DNA from: an uncultured Acidobacteriota bacterium
GTDB taxonomy: Bacteria; Actinomycetota; Acidimicrobiia; Spongiisociales; ZC4RG35
Reading direction: 5' to 3'
DNA: 64,000 nucleotides
Assembly: GCA_963746905.1 (NCBI GenBank)
Contig: CAVVCY010000003.1
Location: 790,057 to 854,056 of the forward strand
In this document: one piece after another, positions 9,584 to 18,106 of the stretch
Position numbering within the stretch: position 1 is the first letter of the stretch
How the letters are laid out: the number at the start of each line of letters is the position of its first letter
The notes under the pieces: model-generated
The model's input: only the letters and a program-made list of their open reading frames with translations
Told to the model about the DNA's origin: nothing
Database searches by the model: none
Position numbers and translations under genes: made by a program

Positions 9584-10582
9584 ATGGCCCAGCTCCGTTT
9601 GTTCGCCAATCTCCGTGAGATCGCCGGCTCGGCCAGAGTCGATGTCGGATCCGGCACGGTCGGTGGTGCCATCGAGGAGGTGTCGGAGAGATACGGAGCA
9701 GACTTTCGCCGCACCGTCGCCACCTCGCGGGTCTGGGTCAACGGTGAGACTGCCGACTACGACGATCCGGTTGGTGACAACGACGAAGTTGTGATCCTGC
9801 CTCCGGTGTCCGGCGGGGATCGCTCAATGACCGCTCCGGCCACCCTCGACTTCATGGCGTTTCTCCCGCTAGCGGTGATAGTGGTGGCGGTACTGGCCAA
9901 CCTCCAAAGCCAGGAGATCTGGGCTGCGGCGCTGGTGGCAATCGTTGCTGCATGGGCCTTGGATCTCGGGGCCGTAATGTCCGCTCGGGGACGGATGTTC
10001 GCCCCGCTCGCAGTGGTGGTCACGTCGGCAGTATCGGCAATGGCTGCCCACGTGATGGGTGGCACCGGATACTCCATGGCCCTTGTGGTTGCCGTGGTGA
10101 TTGCCCTGGGGTGGGCGGTCGCATTTCCCCCGTACCGTCAAGTGGATGTCGTTAGCCCGCTCCTGCTCGTTTCCCTGTTTGCCGGGTTGGGCACGGCCTC
10201 GATGATCCTGGCGCGATCAGCCCATAGCCCTGACCCAAAGGCGGTCGATGTGTTCCTCGTCTCGGTGATAGCCGGGCTGGTTCTGGGGTCCATCGTCGAG
10301 CGGATGCCATCAGTCCCGGTCGTCGACCCGTTCTCGATGACCGCGATTGGCGCGGTGCTTGGGGCTGTTGGAGCTGCGTTGCTTTGGGATCTCGACGTGG
10401 TCGGCTACCTACTCATCGGCCTGGGGATCGCGGTGGCCCTGGTGGCGGGCCGAGGGTTCTCGTCGATGCTCCGCACAGGGCGGGTTGCGCTGACCGAGCG
10501 GCCACCGGGATGGCTCGCCTCGGTCGACGGGGTTGTCTTGGCCGCCGCGATCTTCTTTCCGCTGCTGGCTGTCATCCTCTGA
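9584..10582 (+). CDS. MoaD/ThiS ubiquitin-like domain fused to a multi-pass membrane domain (CdsA-like)
   Basis: LRLFANLRE...VILPPVSGG followed in frame by several hydrophobic helices ending DGVVLAA. Confidence 0.8.
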   Translation: MAQLRLFANLREIAGSARVDVGSGTVGGAIEEVSERYGADFRRTVATSRVWVNGETADYDDPVGDNDEVVILPPVSGGDRSMTAPATLDFMAFLPLAVIVVAVLANLQSQEIWAAALVAIVAAWALDLGAVMSARGRMFAPLAVVVTSAVSAMAAHVMGGTGYSMALVVAVVIALGWAVAFPPYRQVDVVSPLLLVSLFAGLGTASMILARSAHSPDPKAVDVFLVSVIAGLVLGSIVERMPSVPVVDPFSMTAIGAVLGAVGAALLWDLDVVGYLLIGLGIAVALVAGRGFSSMLRTGRVALTERPPGWLASVDGVVLAAAIFFPLLAVIL

Positions 10583-10659
10583 CCGACGATTTGGGTGCGC
10601 GAGGCCGCCAGCCGGGATGGACTAGAGCAAACAACTGGTCCGGGTTACTCTTTCATCGC

Positions 10660-11745
10660 ATGGCTGCTGCGCGGACGCACCATCGCGTCGTACTGCTCGT
10701 CGCCGTGACCGTCGTCGTGGCCTTTTTATTCCCTCTTGCCACGCAGGCGATCACGCAGTCTCAGGTCAATGAGGCCTGCGCTGACTCGCGCCAGCAACTC
10801 GATGACTATCGGGCGGCCCAGGCGGAGTTTGAGGATGCGGCCCTCGAGTACGAGGGGGCCCTCAACGATGTCGAGAAGGTCGAGGTCAAGCAGGACCGGG
10901 TTCAGGGATCCATGGCTGTCCACAGCGATGATCTCGATCACATCCAGCAACAGATCGAGGAGCAGGCTGTCCAGCTCTACATGCAGGGCGGTCTTTCCAG
11001 CCCCGGGATCATCCTCTCCGCGTCTTCGGTTGATCAGCTGATGACCACCTCCGAGTTTCTCACTCAGGCCGCTACCGGCGGCCAACGCTCCATCGACGAG
11101 TTGATCGCAGCCAGGAGCGAACTAGGTCGATTCAATGGTGAACTTTCGGACACCCGCGCCGAGCTCAAAGTCGTCGAGGACAACAAGCTCGACGCCATGA
11201 ACCGACAGCAGTCGGCCATGGAGGCCGAGCAAGCTGCCTACGCCAAGCTTTCGGACAAATGCAAGACGTTGACTTCGAAATACGACATTCAACAACGGGC
11301 CAGGGCAGCGGCAGCCAAGGCCCGGGCGAGTGGTTCGGTACAGGTCGGATCCTTCATCTGTCCGATCACCCCGGGGCGGACTTCTTTCATAGATTCTTGG
11401 GGGTTCCCGAGGTCGGGCGGCCGACATCACAAAGGGACCGACATGATGACCAACTACGGAGAGCCCTTGTATGCCGTGACCTCCGGGACCATCCGCATTT
11501 CGCAGAGCTCACTGGGCGGAAAGTCGATCTGGTTGCGGGGCGACAACGGAAATTCCTTCTATTACGCCCATCTTTCCGATTACAACGTCGGCTCGGGCGC
11601 CCACGTGAGCCAGGGTCAGACCATCGGTTTCGCCGGCACCTCTGGAAACGCCGCGGGTGGCGCTCCCCACCTTCATTTCGAGATTCATCCCGGTGGAGGC
11701 CCTGCGGCCAACCCCTATCCGACCGTTGCCGCGGCCTGCAGGTAA
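10660..11745 (+). CDS. Secreted coiled-coil M23 peptidase
   Basis: Signal peptide, coiled coil, HKGTD, YAHL, HLHF. Confidence 0.9.
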   Translation: MAAARTHHRVVLLVAVTVVVAFLFPLATQAITQSQVNEACADSRQQLDDYRAAQAEFEDAALEYEGALNDVEKVEVKQDRVQGSMAVHSDDLDHIQQQIEEQAVQLYMQGGLSSPGIILSASSVDQLMTTSEFLTQAATGGQRSIDELIAARSELGRFNGELSDTRAELKVVEDNKLDAMNRQQSAMEAEQAAYAKLSDKCKTLTSKYDIQQRARAAAAKARASGSVQVGSFICPITPGRTSFIDSWGFPRSGGRHHKGTDMMTNYGEPLYAVTSGTIRISQSSLGGKSIWLRGDNGNSFYYAHLSDYNVGSGAHVSQGQTIGFAGTSGNAAGGAPHLHFEIHPGGGPAANPYPTVAAACR

Positions 11746-11755
11746 CCTCTACACA

Positions 11756-12283
11756 GTGAGCGGACTCCGCCGTATCGACACCGTCCTCGAGCCCGAGTTT
11801 CTCGTCGGCCTCGATGCAATCGACCTCGATGAGTTGAGGGCGCGGCGAGACACCGCCGAAGACGTCGAGAATCAAATCTCCTACTACCGCCGCCTACTCC
11901 ACGGTCGGATGGACCTGCTGAATTTCGAGCTTCGCCGGCGGAGCGGGGAAGAGCAGCGTTCCCTTCTCGACGCACTCCCCGAGATCCTCGCCAGCGGAAT
12001 GGTTCTCGGCCCGGAGCCCAACCTCCGGCACATCGACGTGATGCCTCCGCTCCCGACGACGACCGGGCGCCGGTTGATCGACAAGATCATGGATGACGGG
12101 ATCCTCACCCAGCTCCCCGAATTGACCGACGAGGAAGTAGACGAGGCCGTGGAGCGGTTGCGAGAAGTCGAGGCGGAGTTGTCCAACCAACGCAAGCAAC
12201 TCCACACAGTCATCGACGCTCTCCAGGACGAGATCGTCGCCCGTTACCGGAGCCAGCAGGGCCAGGCCCAGGCCTCCGGTTAG
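11756..12283 (+). CDS. rsiG: RsiG/AmfC-like c-di-GMP-binding anti-sigma factor
   Basis: Two E-x3-S-x2-R-x3-H-x3-D motifs (ENQISYYRRLLHGRMD, EAELSNQRKQLHTVID). Confidence 0.8.
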   Translation: MSGLRRIDTVLEPEFLVGLDAIDLDELRARRDTAEDVENQISYYRRLLHGRMDLLNFELRRRSGEEQRSLLDALPEILASGMVLGPEPNLRHIDVMPPLPTTTGRRLIDKIMDDGILTQLPELTDEEVDEAVERLREVEAELSNQRKQLHTVIDALQDEIVARYRSQQGQAQASG

Positions 12284-12286
12284 GCA

Positions 12287-13234
12287 TTGCTAGCCGCTAA
12301 GACCCGCTCGGGTCTGGTCGAAACCATTCACGATGGGGCGGTGGCCGTCGTGTCCGCCGACGGGGACCTCATCGCGTGGTCAGGGGAAATCGATCGCCCC
12401 TTCTACCTTCGTTCAGCGGCCAAGCCCTTTCAGGCCGCGGCTGCACAGGAAGCCGGGGCGCAACTTGGAACGCCCGAGTTGGCCGTCGCCTCCGGCTCCC
12501 ACGATGCTCATCCCGTTCATGTCGCCTTTGTCGAGTCGATGCTTCACACCGTGGGGCTGGGGGAATCCGACCTTCTCTGCCCAAGGGATTGGCCACTGTC
12601 GCCGGACGCCGGGCGCCGCTTGGCTCGCGACGGTCATGCTGTGCCGCGAAGGATCTGGCACAACTGCTCGGGCAAGCATGCCGCCTGGCTGCGCGCGGCA
12701 AGGGCCCAGGATTGGCCGACCCACAACTATCTCGAGCCTGACCATCCGATTCAGCAGCGGATCCTCGAGCTGGTCAGTCACCTCGGGAAGTATCGGGCCG
12801 ATCCGGCCGGCATCGACGGATGTGGGGCTCCTGTATTGAGGACTACGACTCGAGCAATGGCTCGGCTGTTCGCCGGACTTTCTTCTGAGGCTTCACTCCG
12901 ACCGATCTTCACGGCCATGCATCGTTACCCGGCCCTGGTGTCGGGTACGGGTAATGGTGACACTTCGATTGCCATGGCGATCAACGCTGCTGCAAAGAGA
13001 GGGGCGGAAGGCTGCATCGGGGTTGGCGTCGAGAATCGCCTTGGGATTGCGGTCAAGTCGTGGGATGGCTTGCAGATAGCCGCCGATGTCGGTGTGGCCG
13101 CGGCGTTGGACGCGACGTGCCAGTCCTCCGCCCACGTGATGAGGCAACTGGATGTCGTAGGCCGGCCAAAGATCAAGGGCGGGGGAATGACGGTAGGTGA
13201 GGTCGAGCCCCGGCTCGAGCTCCAGTGGGCATGA
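12287..13234 (+). CDS. Asparaginase II (Rhizobium AnsA-type)
   Basis: RSAAKPFQ, SGSH, HNCSGKH, DGCGAP, AKRGAEG. Confidence 0.88.
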   Translation: MLAAKTRSGLVETIHDGAVAVVSADGDLIAWSGEIDRPFYLRSAAKPFQAAAAQEAGAQLGTPELAVASGSHDAHPVHVAFVESMLHTVGLGESDLLCPRDWPLSPDAGRRLARDGHAVPRRIWHNCSGKHAAWLRAARAQDWPTHNYLEPDHPIQQRILELVSHLGKYRADPAGIDGCGAPVLRTTTRAMARLFAGLSSEASLRPIFTAMHRYPALVSGTGNGDTSIAMAINAAAKRGAEGCIGVGVENRLGIAVKSWDGLQIAADVGVAAALDATCQSSAHVMRQLDVVGRPKIKGGGMTVGEVEPRLELQWA

Positions 13235-13688
13235 CGGGCTTGTCGACGACCAAGCTGGGGTCTCTGTCGTGAGGGAGATCCTGGAGGCGCGGATCAGGTT
13301 GTGGCTCGAAGACCCTGAGTCGAGCGTCGAATATGCCGAGGAGTTGGACGGGCGATGGGCGGTGCGGATGCGTCAACAGGCACGAGATGCGACGACACTC
13401 TGGTTCACTCCGCTCGAGAGAAGCCTCGAGTACGAGGCGTACGTGATCCCGGTGCCGCCTGCGGCCGGCGAGGTGATGCGCCAGGCTCTGGTCCGCAACC
13501 AGAGGGGGTGGAGATCCTTCTTCGCCATCGACGCCGAGGGTGATCTCTTGCTTCGGGGAAGAGTCGCCGCGGACCAGGTGACCCTCATCGAGCTCGATCG
13601 AATCCTCGGTGAGATCTATGACACCATCGAGGTGTCGTTTCGGGCGATGGTGAGTGCTCTGGCGGCGAGTCGCGAAAATTCCGGTTAG
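13197..13688 (+). CDS. YbjN-domain protein (start uncertain)
   Basis: L.YEAYV.P, FAID.EGDL.L.GR, ELDRILG pattern. Confidence 0.7.
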   Translation: MRSSPGSSSSGHDGLVDDQAGVSVVREILEARIRLWLEDPESSVEYAEELDGRWAVRMRQQARDATTLWFTPLERSLEYEAYVIPVPPAAGEVMRQALVRNQRGWRSFFAIDAEGDLLLRGRVAADQVTLIELDRILGEIYDTIEVSFRAMVSALAASRENSG

Positions 13689-13810
13689 AAACTTGTGAAC
13701 ATAGCGGTGTTGACAAGCCCTGTGGAAAACCCGGATTGCTGTTGGTAACCATCATGCAGGCCATGCCCAGGGTCGCATCGACGATATCTTGCGATTATCT
13801 ACGATCTATT

Positions 13811-13950
13811 GGAGCGCGAGGAGAGTTGTTGATCCACTGAGGGCAAATCCGTAGATTCAGACTCGCGAACGCCCGAGAGGCAGTTCGGAGAAACGTCCGT
13901 TCGGGGAAGTGCGGAGGAGACTCCGAGAGGTCACTCGGGCGTTTCGTTTG
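13811..13950 (+). ncRNA. Candidate structured ncRNA between convergent genes
   Basis: -10 TACGAT at 13800-13805; long hairpin 13866-13945 followed by a T-rich tract. Confidence 0.4.
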
Positions 13951-13980
13951 GTCGGTGGACGGTTTCTGACTCGGTTCAAA

Positions 13981-14017
13981 CCCCCCCCATCGCCTTCGCT
14001 TCGCTCAGGCGGGACAA
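13981..14017 (+). repeat. Partial REP-like palindrome
   Basis: C-run, cgcct-tcgcttcgctc-aggcg hairpin, ends ggacaa like the 18.6-18.7 kb copies. Confidence 0.4.
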
Positions 14018-14024
14018 CAACTCG

Positions 14025-14708
14025 TCAGTCGTGGCAGAGCTGGCCGAAGCGGCCGGCCTCGACGCAGGCTTCACCAGGGATCACCGGCTTGTCCGGGCCC
14101 ACGATCATCGTGGTGGTGGTGGTCGGGGGAAGGGTGGTCGTGGTGGTGGTGGTCGCCTCGGTGGTTGCCGTCGGCTTTGGTTCGGGGGTACCCGCACTCG
14201 GAGCTTGGGTAGTGCCGGGGCTGGCGACAGCGGTGGTCGTGGTTTCGGCGGGAGCCGAGCTCGAGCCCTTCTTCATGAAGATGACGGTCACGTAGAGATA
14301 GCCGTCCTTGGTCCCGGTGCCGACCCCGACGTAGTTGTAGTCACCGAGGATGTTGGCCCGGTGCCCGGAAGAATTCATGAATGCCTCGTGGAGGCTGCTC
14401 GGGCTCTGACCCTTGCCGACATTCTCCCCCATCCTGTCCCATCCGGTCCCACCGGCGGCGCCGAGTTGGGCACTCGAGGAGTGGAAGATGTCACCGGCGT
14501 CCATCATGGCGGCGGTGTGAGTTCTGGCATATGACGTGAGGCTGTCGTTGGCGGCGAGGGGGGCGAGGCCGGCGCTCGCTCTCGAGGCATTGATCTTGGC
14601 CACAAACTCGCCTTCAGTGCCCGAGTCGGCGCCTGCGGCAACACCAAGCCCGATCGTGCCCAGGGCGACGACGAGCATTAGTGATAGCCAGCGCCTCTTT
14701 CCCGTCAT
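14025..14708 (-). CDS. Secreted CAP (SCP) domain protein with Thr-rich tail
   Basis: IN.SR..AGL.PL, GENVG, MNSSGHRANIL. Confidence 0.9.
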   Translation of the reverse strand: MTGKRRWLSLMLVVALGTIGLGVAAGADSGTEGEFVAKINASRASAGLAPLAANDSLTSYARTHTAAMMDAGDIFHSSSAQLGAAGGTGWDRMGENVGKGQSPSSLHEAFMNSSGHRANILGDYNYVGVGTGTKDGYLYVTVIFMKKGSSSAPAETTTTAVASPGTTQAPSAGTPEPKPTATTEATTTTTTTLPPTTTTTMIVGPDKPVIPGEACVEAGRFGQLCHD

Positions 14709-14768
14709 CCGGGGGTTATCGGCCTCTCGCTCCGTGGGCTTTAACCACGGAGGGAGGGCTCAAAACGG

Positions 14769-15650
14769 CTAGATCCCGAACATCACCTCACGGAGACTGA
14801 TCACGCTGGCCGCCAGGGTGTCCGGATCGAGCTTCATCGATCCCAGGCGCAGGCCCTTCATGCCCTCACCGCGATTGGTCATGACCCGCAACGTGTCGTC
14901 CTCGTGGATCAGGATCCCCAGTCCGAGACATCCTCCACCCTCGTCCTGGACACCGACCAGGACATGGTGGAGCCTCCCCAGGTTGAGACCCATGGGGAGG
15001 GTTGGGGCGAAAACCGTGGGTCGGACCTTCCATCTTTCCAGAGGCGGCGCGAGGGCCGTGGCGAACAGGGTTGTTCTTCGTTGCGCCCGCTCGTCGGGGG
15101 ATACCGGGTTGAGGTTCGGATCGCTGGGGGCGACGGTCACATCCAAGCCGAGGAAGCGGCGCAGCATTCCCACGACCGGCTCCATCTCCCCACCCCGTTG
15201 CAGCGCGACCACCTTGTCGGGGCGACAGAGCTCGGCCTTGTGATACTTCAGGGTCTCGCCGGCGACGCCCGAGACGACCGCCGTGGTGTCGAGGATGACA
15301 AGGTCTGCGAGGCGCTTGGCGGTATCGACCATCGCCGCAGTGGCGACGACTTGCTGGAGCACCAGCCGTGCTGGGGTGATCGTGCCCACGAAGTGCAGCT
15401 GGTCGGGAACCGCCACCTGGTCGATGTCGGCCGCTGTCCGCATGACTTTCAGCCCAACACAGGCCGGCGGGCCGACCGTGGAGTTGCCGACGTCGGCATC
15501 CACCAGGGCGACGGTACGACCGGCGGCCACTGCCAGCCGGGCAGCCTGAAGGGCCAGAGTGGTCTTGCCGGTGTCGACGCCGCCGACCAGCATCGCGACA
15601 TTGGCTCTGGACACCTCTCTGGCCAGGGTTTCGATGCTCGGCTCGACCAT
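14769..15650 (-). CDS. Clp1/Grc3-like polynucleotide 5'-kinase
   Basis: GGVDTGKTT, DADVGNSTVGPP, ILDTT; leaderless ATG after TATATT inferred. Confidence 0.8.
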   Translation of the reverse strand: MVEPSIETLAREVSRANVAMLVGGVDTGKTTLALQAARLAVAAGRTVALVDADVGNSTVGPPACVGLKVMRTAADIDQVAVPDQLHFVGTITPARLVLQQVVATAAMVDTAKRLADLVILDTTAVVSGVAGETLKYHKAELCRPDKVVALQRGGEMEPVVGMLRRFLGLDVTVAPSDPNLNPVSPDERAQRRTTLFATALAPPLERWKVRPTVFAPTLPMGLNLGRLHHVLVGVQDEGGGCLGLGILIHEDDTLRVMTNRGEGMKGLRLGSMKLDPDTLAASVISLREVMFGI

Positions 15651-15724
15651 GACCCAATATAAGCCGGTGCCCGGTCCTTCCCCACCTGCGGAATGGCCTT
15701 CCGGTTGGTCTAGCGTCATCTGGA

Positions 15725-16549
15725 ATGTCGCTGCCCATCAGCTTTCTCTCCGACTTCGGACACGATGACGAATTCGTGGGCGTCGTTCACGGCGTGCTGG
15801 CGAAGCTGGCTCCAGAATCGCGGGTGATCGACGTCACCCACAACACCCGGCGCGGTGACATCCGGGCGGGGGCCCTCCAGCTGACGAGGGCAATCCAATA
15901 CCTCCCGGAGGGGGTTGCGCTGGTGGTGGTCGATCCCGAGGTGGGCACCGCTCGCAAGGCGCTTGCCGTTGCGACGGGTTGGGGGTTCTTCGTTGGTCCC
16001 GACAACGGGGTGCTCTCTCCCGCGGTGGCGATGGTCGGGGGAGCGACCGAGATGGTCTCGATCGAGAATCCTGAAGCGATGATCCCGTCGCCAGGGGCGA
16101 CTTTTCATGGACGGGACGTCTTCGCCCCGGCGGCGGCCCTTCTCGCTTCCGGGGAAGCCGGTCTCGCCGATCTGGGACCTCCGGTTGCTCGAGACCAGGT
16201 TCGGCCCCTGCTGCTACCTCTGCCCAACGTCGAGGGCTCGACGGTGTCCGGGGAAGCCTGGTGGGTGGACCACTTCGGCAACGTGCAAACCAATATCGGG
16301 CCGGATGACCTGGCGGCGATTGGCGTGACGCCCGGGACTGTGGTCACGCTCAGTATCGGGGCCACGATCTATTCGATCCCGTGGGTGGCGACTTACGCGG
16401 ACGTGGGCCCTGGCGAGCCGTTGATCCATCTCGACTCCGCCGGGCTGATCGCGGTGGCGGTTCGCGAAGGCAGGGCGGACGAGCTCCTGACCCTGGCCGA
16501 TGGGGTTGTGGTCACGATGGCGGGAAGAGGATCGACGCCAACTGGATGA
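15725..16549 (+). CDS. SAM hydroxide adenosyltransferase (DUF62, chlorinase/fluorinase family)
   Basis: SDFG, VVDPEVGT.R, GPDNG, TFHGRDVFAP, VDHFGN. Confidence 0.92.
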   Translation: MSLPISFLSDFGHDDEFVGVVHGVLAKLAPESRVIDVTHNTRRGDIRAGALQLTRAIQYLPEGVALVVVDPEVGTARKALAVATGWGFFVGPDNGVLSPAVAMVGGATEMVSIENPEAMIPSPGATFHGRDVFAPAAALLASGEAGLADLGPPVARDQVRPLLLPLPNVEGSTVSGEAWWVDHFGNVQTNIGPDDLAAIGVTPGTVVTLSIGATIYSIPWVATYADVGPGEPLIHLDSAGLIAVAVREGRADELLTLADGVVVTMAGRGSTPTG

Positions 16550-16610
16550 TCCCGGCGACCGCGATCAGGACGAGCAGGATCACGATGACGACGGCGGTTG
16601 CGGGTCGCAA
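16512..16610 (-). CDS. Small single-pass membrane protein (32 aa), absent from the ORF track
   Basis: MRPATAVVIVILLVLIAVAGIIQLASILFPPS; TTG start; GC-rich third positions. Confidence 0.55.
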   Translation of the reverse strand: MRPATAVVIVILLVLIAVAGIIQLASILFPPS

Positions 16611-16628
16611 GAGGGCGGGAATCTACCC

Positions 16629-16665
16629 AAAAAATGTCGGGGCCCCCATAAATGGGGGCCCCGAC
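16629..16665 (-). terminator. Strong intrinsic terminator
   Basis: gtcggggcccccat/atgggggccccgac stem followed by a six-U tract on the minus strand. Confidence 0.85.
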
Positions 16666-16777
16666 TACATGAAGAAGGGCTCCGTTACCGTGGGGCGGGC
16701 TGGGAGGCTATCCGTTCACACCTGGGACGAACGTGCCCTAGGCATGAGGGGAACGGTTCACCCTCCTTCCTGCATGC
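16629..16777 (-). ncRNA. Candidate ~150-nt sRNA or attenuator leader
   Basis: -10 GATAAT at 16784-16789, nested stems, its own terminator, no substantial ORF. Confidence 0.5.
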
Positions 16778-16808
16778 GCCCTCATTATCGACCACGGAGA
16801 GTGATATC

Positions 16809-17066
16809 TTGAGCCTTTTAGTGGTCAAATTCCTCACCCGACCCGGTTGCCATCTCTGCGATGAGGCCCGGCCCATCGTGACCTCGGTGGCAGCCAAGTC
16901 CGGTGTCGAAATCGAAGAGATCGACATCGACTCCGATCCGGTATTGACGAGAGACTTCGGGCTGAGAATTCCCGTGGTGACTGCCCCCGATGGCAGGGTT
17001 CTGGCCGAAGGTCAGATCGATTCACGTCGGCTCCGAAAGGAATTGCGACGGGAGAAGGTCGGCTAG
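16809..17066 (+). CDS. Glutaredoxin-like protein (DUF836)
   Basis: TRPGCHLC, RIPVV. Confidence 0.85.
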   Translation: MSLLVVKFLTRPGCHLCDEARPIVTSVAAKSGVEIEEIDIDSDPVLTRDFGLRIPVVTAPDGRVLAEGQIDSRRLRKELRREKVG

Positions 17067-18106
17067 CCGGCGACCGTGGTCGAGGTGGCGGTCTCGCCGG
17101 CGACCGTGGTCGAGGTGGCGGTGTCGCCATCGGCCGGCGTCGCGCCATCGGCCGGCAGCTCTTCGGGGCCCAGGCCACAGTCAGCCAGGACTGCTTCGGG
17201 CTCTCCACCCCCAAAGCGGACCCGTTCGAAGCTGACTACCGATGCCAGTTGCTCTTCGCTGAGCGAGGCATGGCTGGGCATGGTCCCGCCTCCACCCACT
17301 GGCTTGTCGGTGTCTCCATAGGTAGTTCGACCGGCCGCTTGGAACCCCTGGGTGCCGAGCCGGACCCACTCGATCTGGTCGGTGCACGAACCGAACGTGG
17401 TCAACACGCCGGTGAGAGCCGGGCCGACTCCGCCTCCACCGGTGGCGCCGTGGCACCCGGCACAGGTGGCACCGTCGCCGTGGTAGATCGCGTCGCCGAG
17501 AGCGATGTAGTCGGTGGATCCGCCACCTACGCCCGAACCGGTGAAGTCAGATCCGTCACAATTCACGATCTGACCGCTGACGACATCGGTTTGGAGCTCG
17601 GTGGCTTCGCCGCAGGTACCGGTGGCCGCGCCCCCCAAGGCAAATAGGGCAAAGAGCGGGATGATCAGCATCACTGCGGCCAGCCATCGGGGGAAGACGA
17701 AGTTGGTCCGCTCCCTGATCCCGGCCGTGGGAACGGTGACCACTTCGGGAAGATGAGCCGCCTCCGCGGCGGACACCTGGGCCGGAACCGGAGCCCGGGT
17801 GGTGACACCCGGCGCCGGCGCAGCCACGGGCGCCAGGTCCGCCTCTGTAGCGGGGGGACCGGTCGGCGTCTCGCCGACCGAGGGGTGTGCCGTTTCTATT
17901 GCGTCGGTCGGCACCGCGTCGGCCGGTTCTGCGGCCGCCTCGGCCGACGGTGGCGCCGCTCCGGCCACGCTCTCACCTCCGGCCCACGCCGTGAGCACTT
18001 CATCGAAGGTCATCCCGGTTGCCTGAGCCCGTGCCGCGGCGGAGCGTCGAACCAGTGCCTCAGGCACGCCGAGTGCGGCAGCCGCGGCCGCTACGAGATC
18101 GCTCAT
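17063..18106 (-). CDS. Membrane-anchored monoheme cytochrome c with N-terminal helical module
   Basis: CAGCH, GP.L, distal MP, one TM helix. Confidence 0.85.
   Translation of the reverse strand: MSDLVAAAAAALGVPEALVRRSAAARAQATGMTFDEVLTAWAGGESVAGAAPPSAEAAAEPADAVPTDAIETAHPSVGETPTGPPATEADLAPVAAPAPGVTTRAPVPAQVSAAEAAHLPEVVTVPTAGIRERTNFVFPRWLAAVMLIIPLFALFALGGAATGTCGEATELQTDVVSGQIVNCDGSDFTGSGVGGGSTDYIALGDAIYHGDGATCAGCHGATGGGGVGPALTGVLTTFGSCTDQIEWVRLGTQGFQAAGRTTYGDTDKPVGGGGTMPSHASLSEEQLASVVSFERVRFGGGEPEAVLADCGLGPEELPADGATPADGDTATSTTVAGETATSTTVAG
17066..17125. repeat. 2 x 30-bp tandem repeat encoding TATSTTVAG
   Basis: gccggcgaccgtggtcgaggtggcggt(c/g)tc twice. Confidence 0.9.
17836..17890 (-). repeat. 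In-frame REP-like palindrome, copy A
   Basis: ggtcggcg-aga-cgccgacc hairpin; encodes PSVGETPTGPPAT. Confidence 0.85.

Noticed and set aside
13836-13880. c-di-GMP-I riboswitch suggested by GGGCAAA
   Set aside because: The expected GAAA loop and ACGCAAA segment are missing, and no same-strand gene follows.
18020-18106. RR in the shared N-terminal module as a Tat signal
   Set aside because: No RRxF pattern or adjacent hydrophobic region, and one copy has MR.
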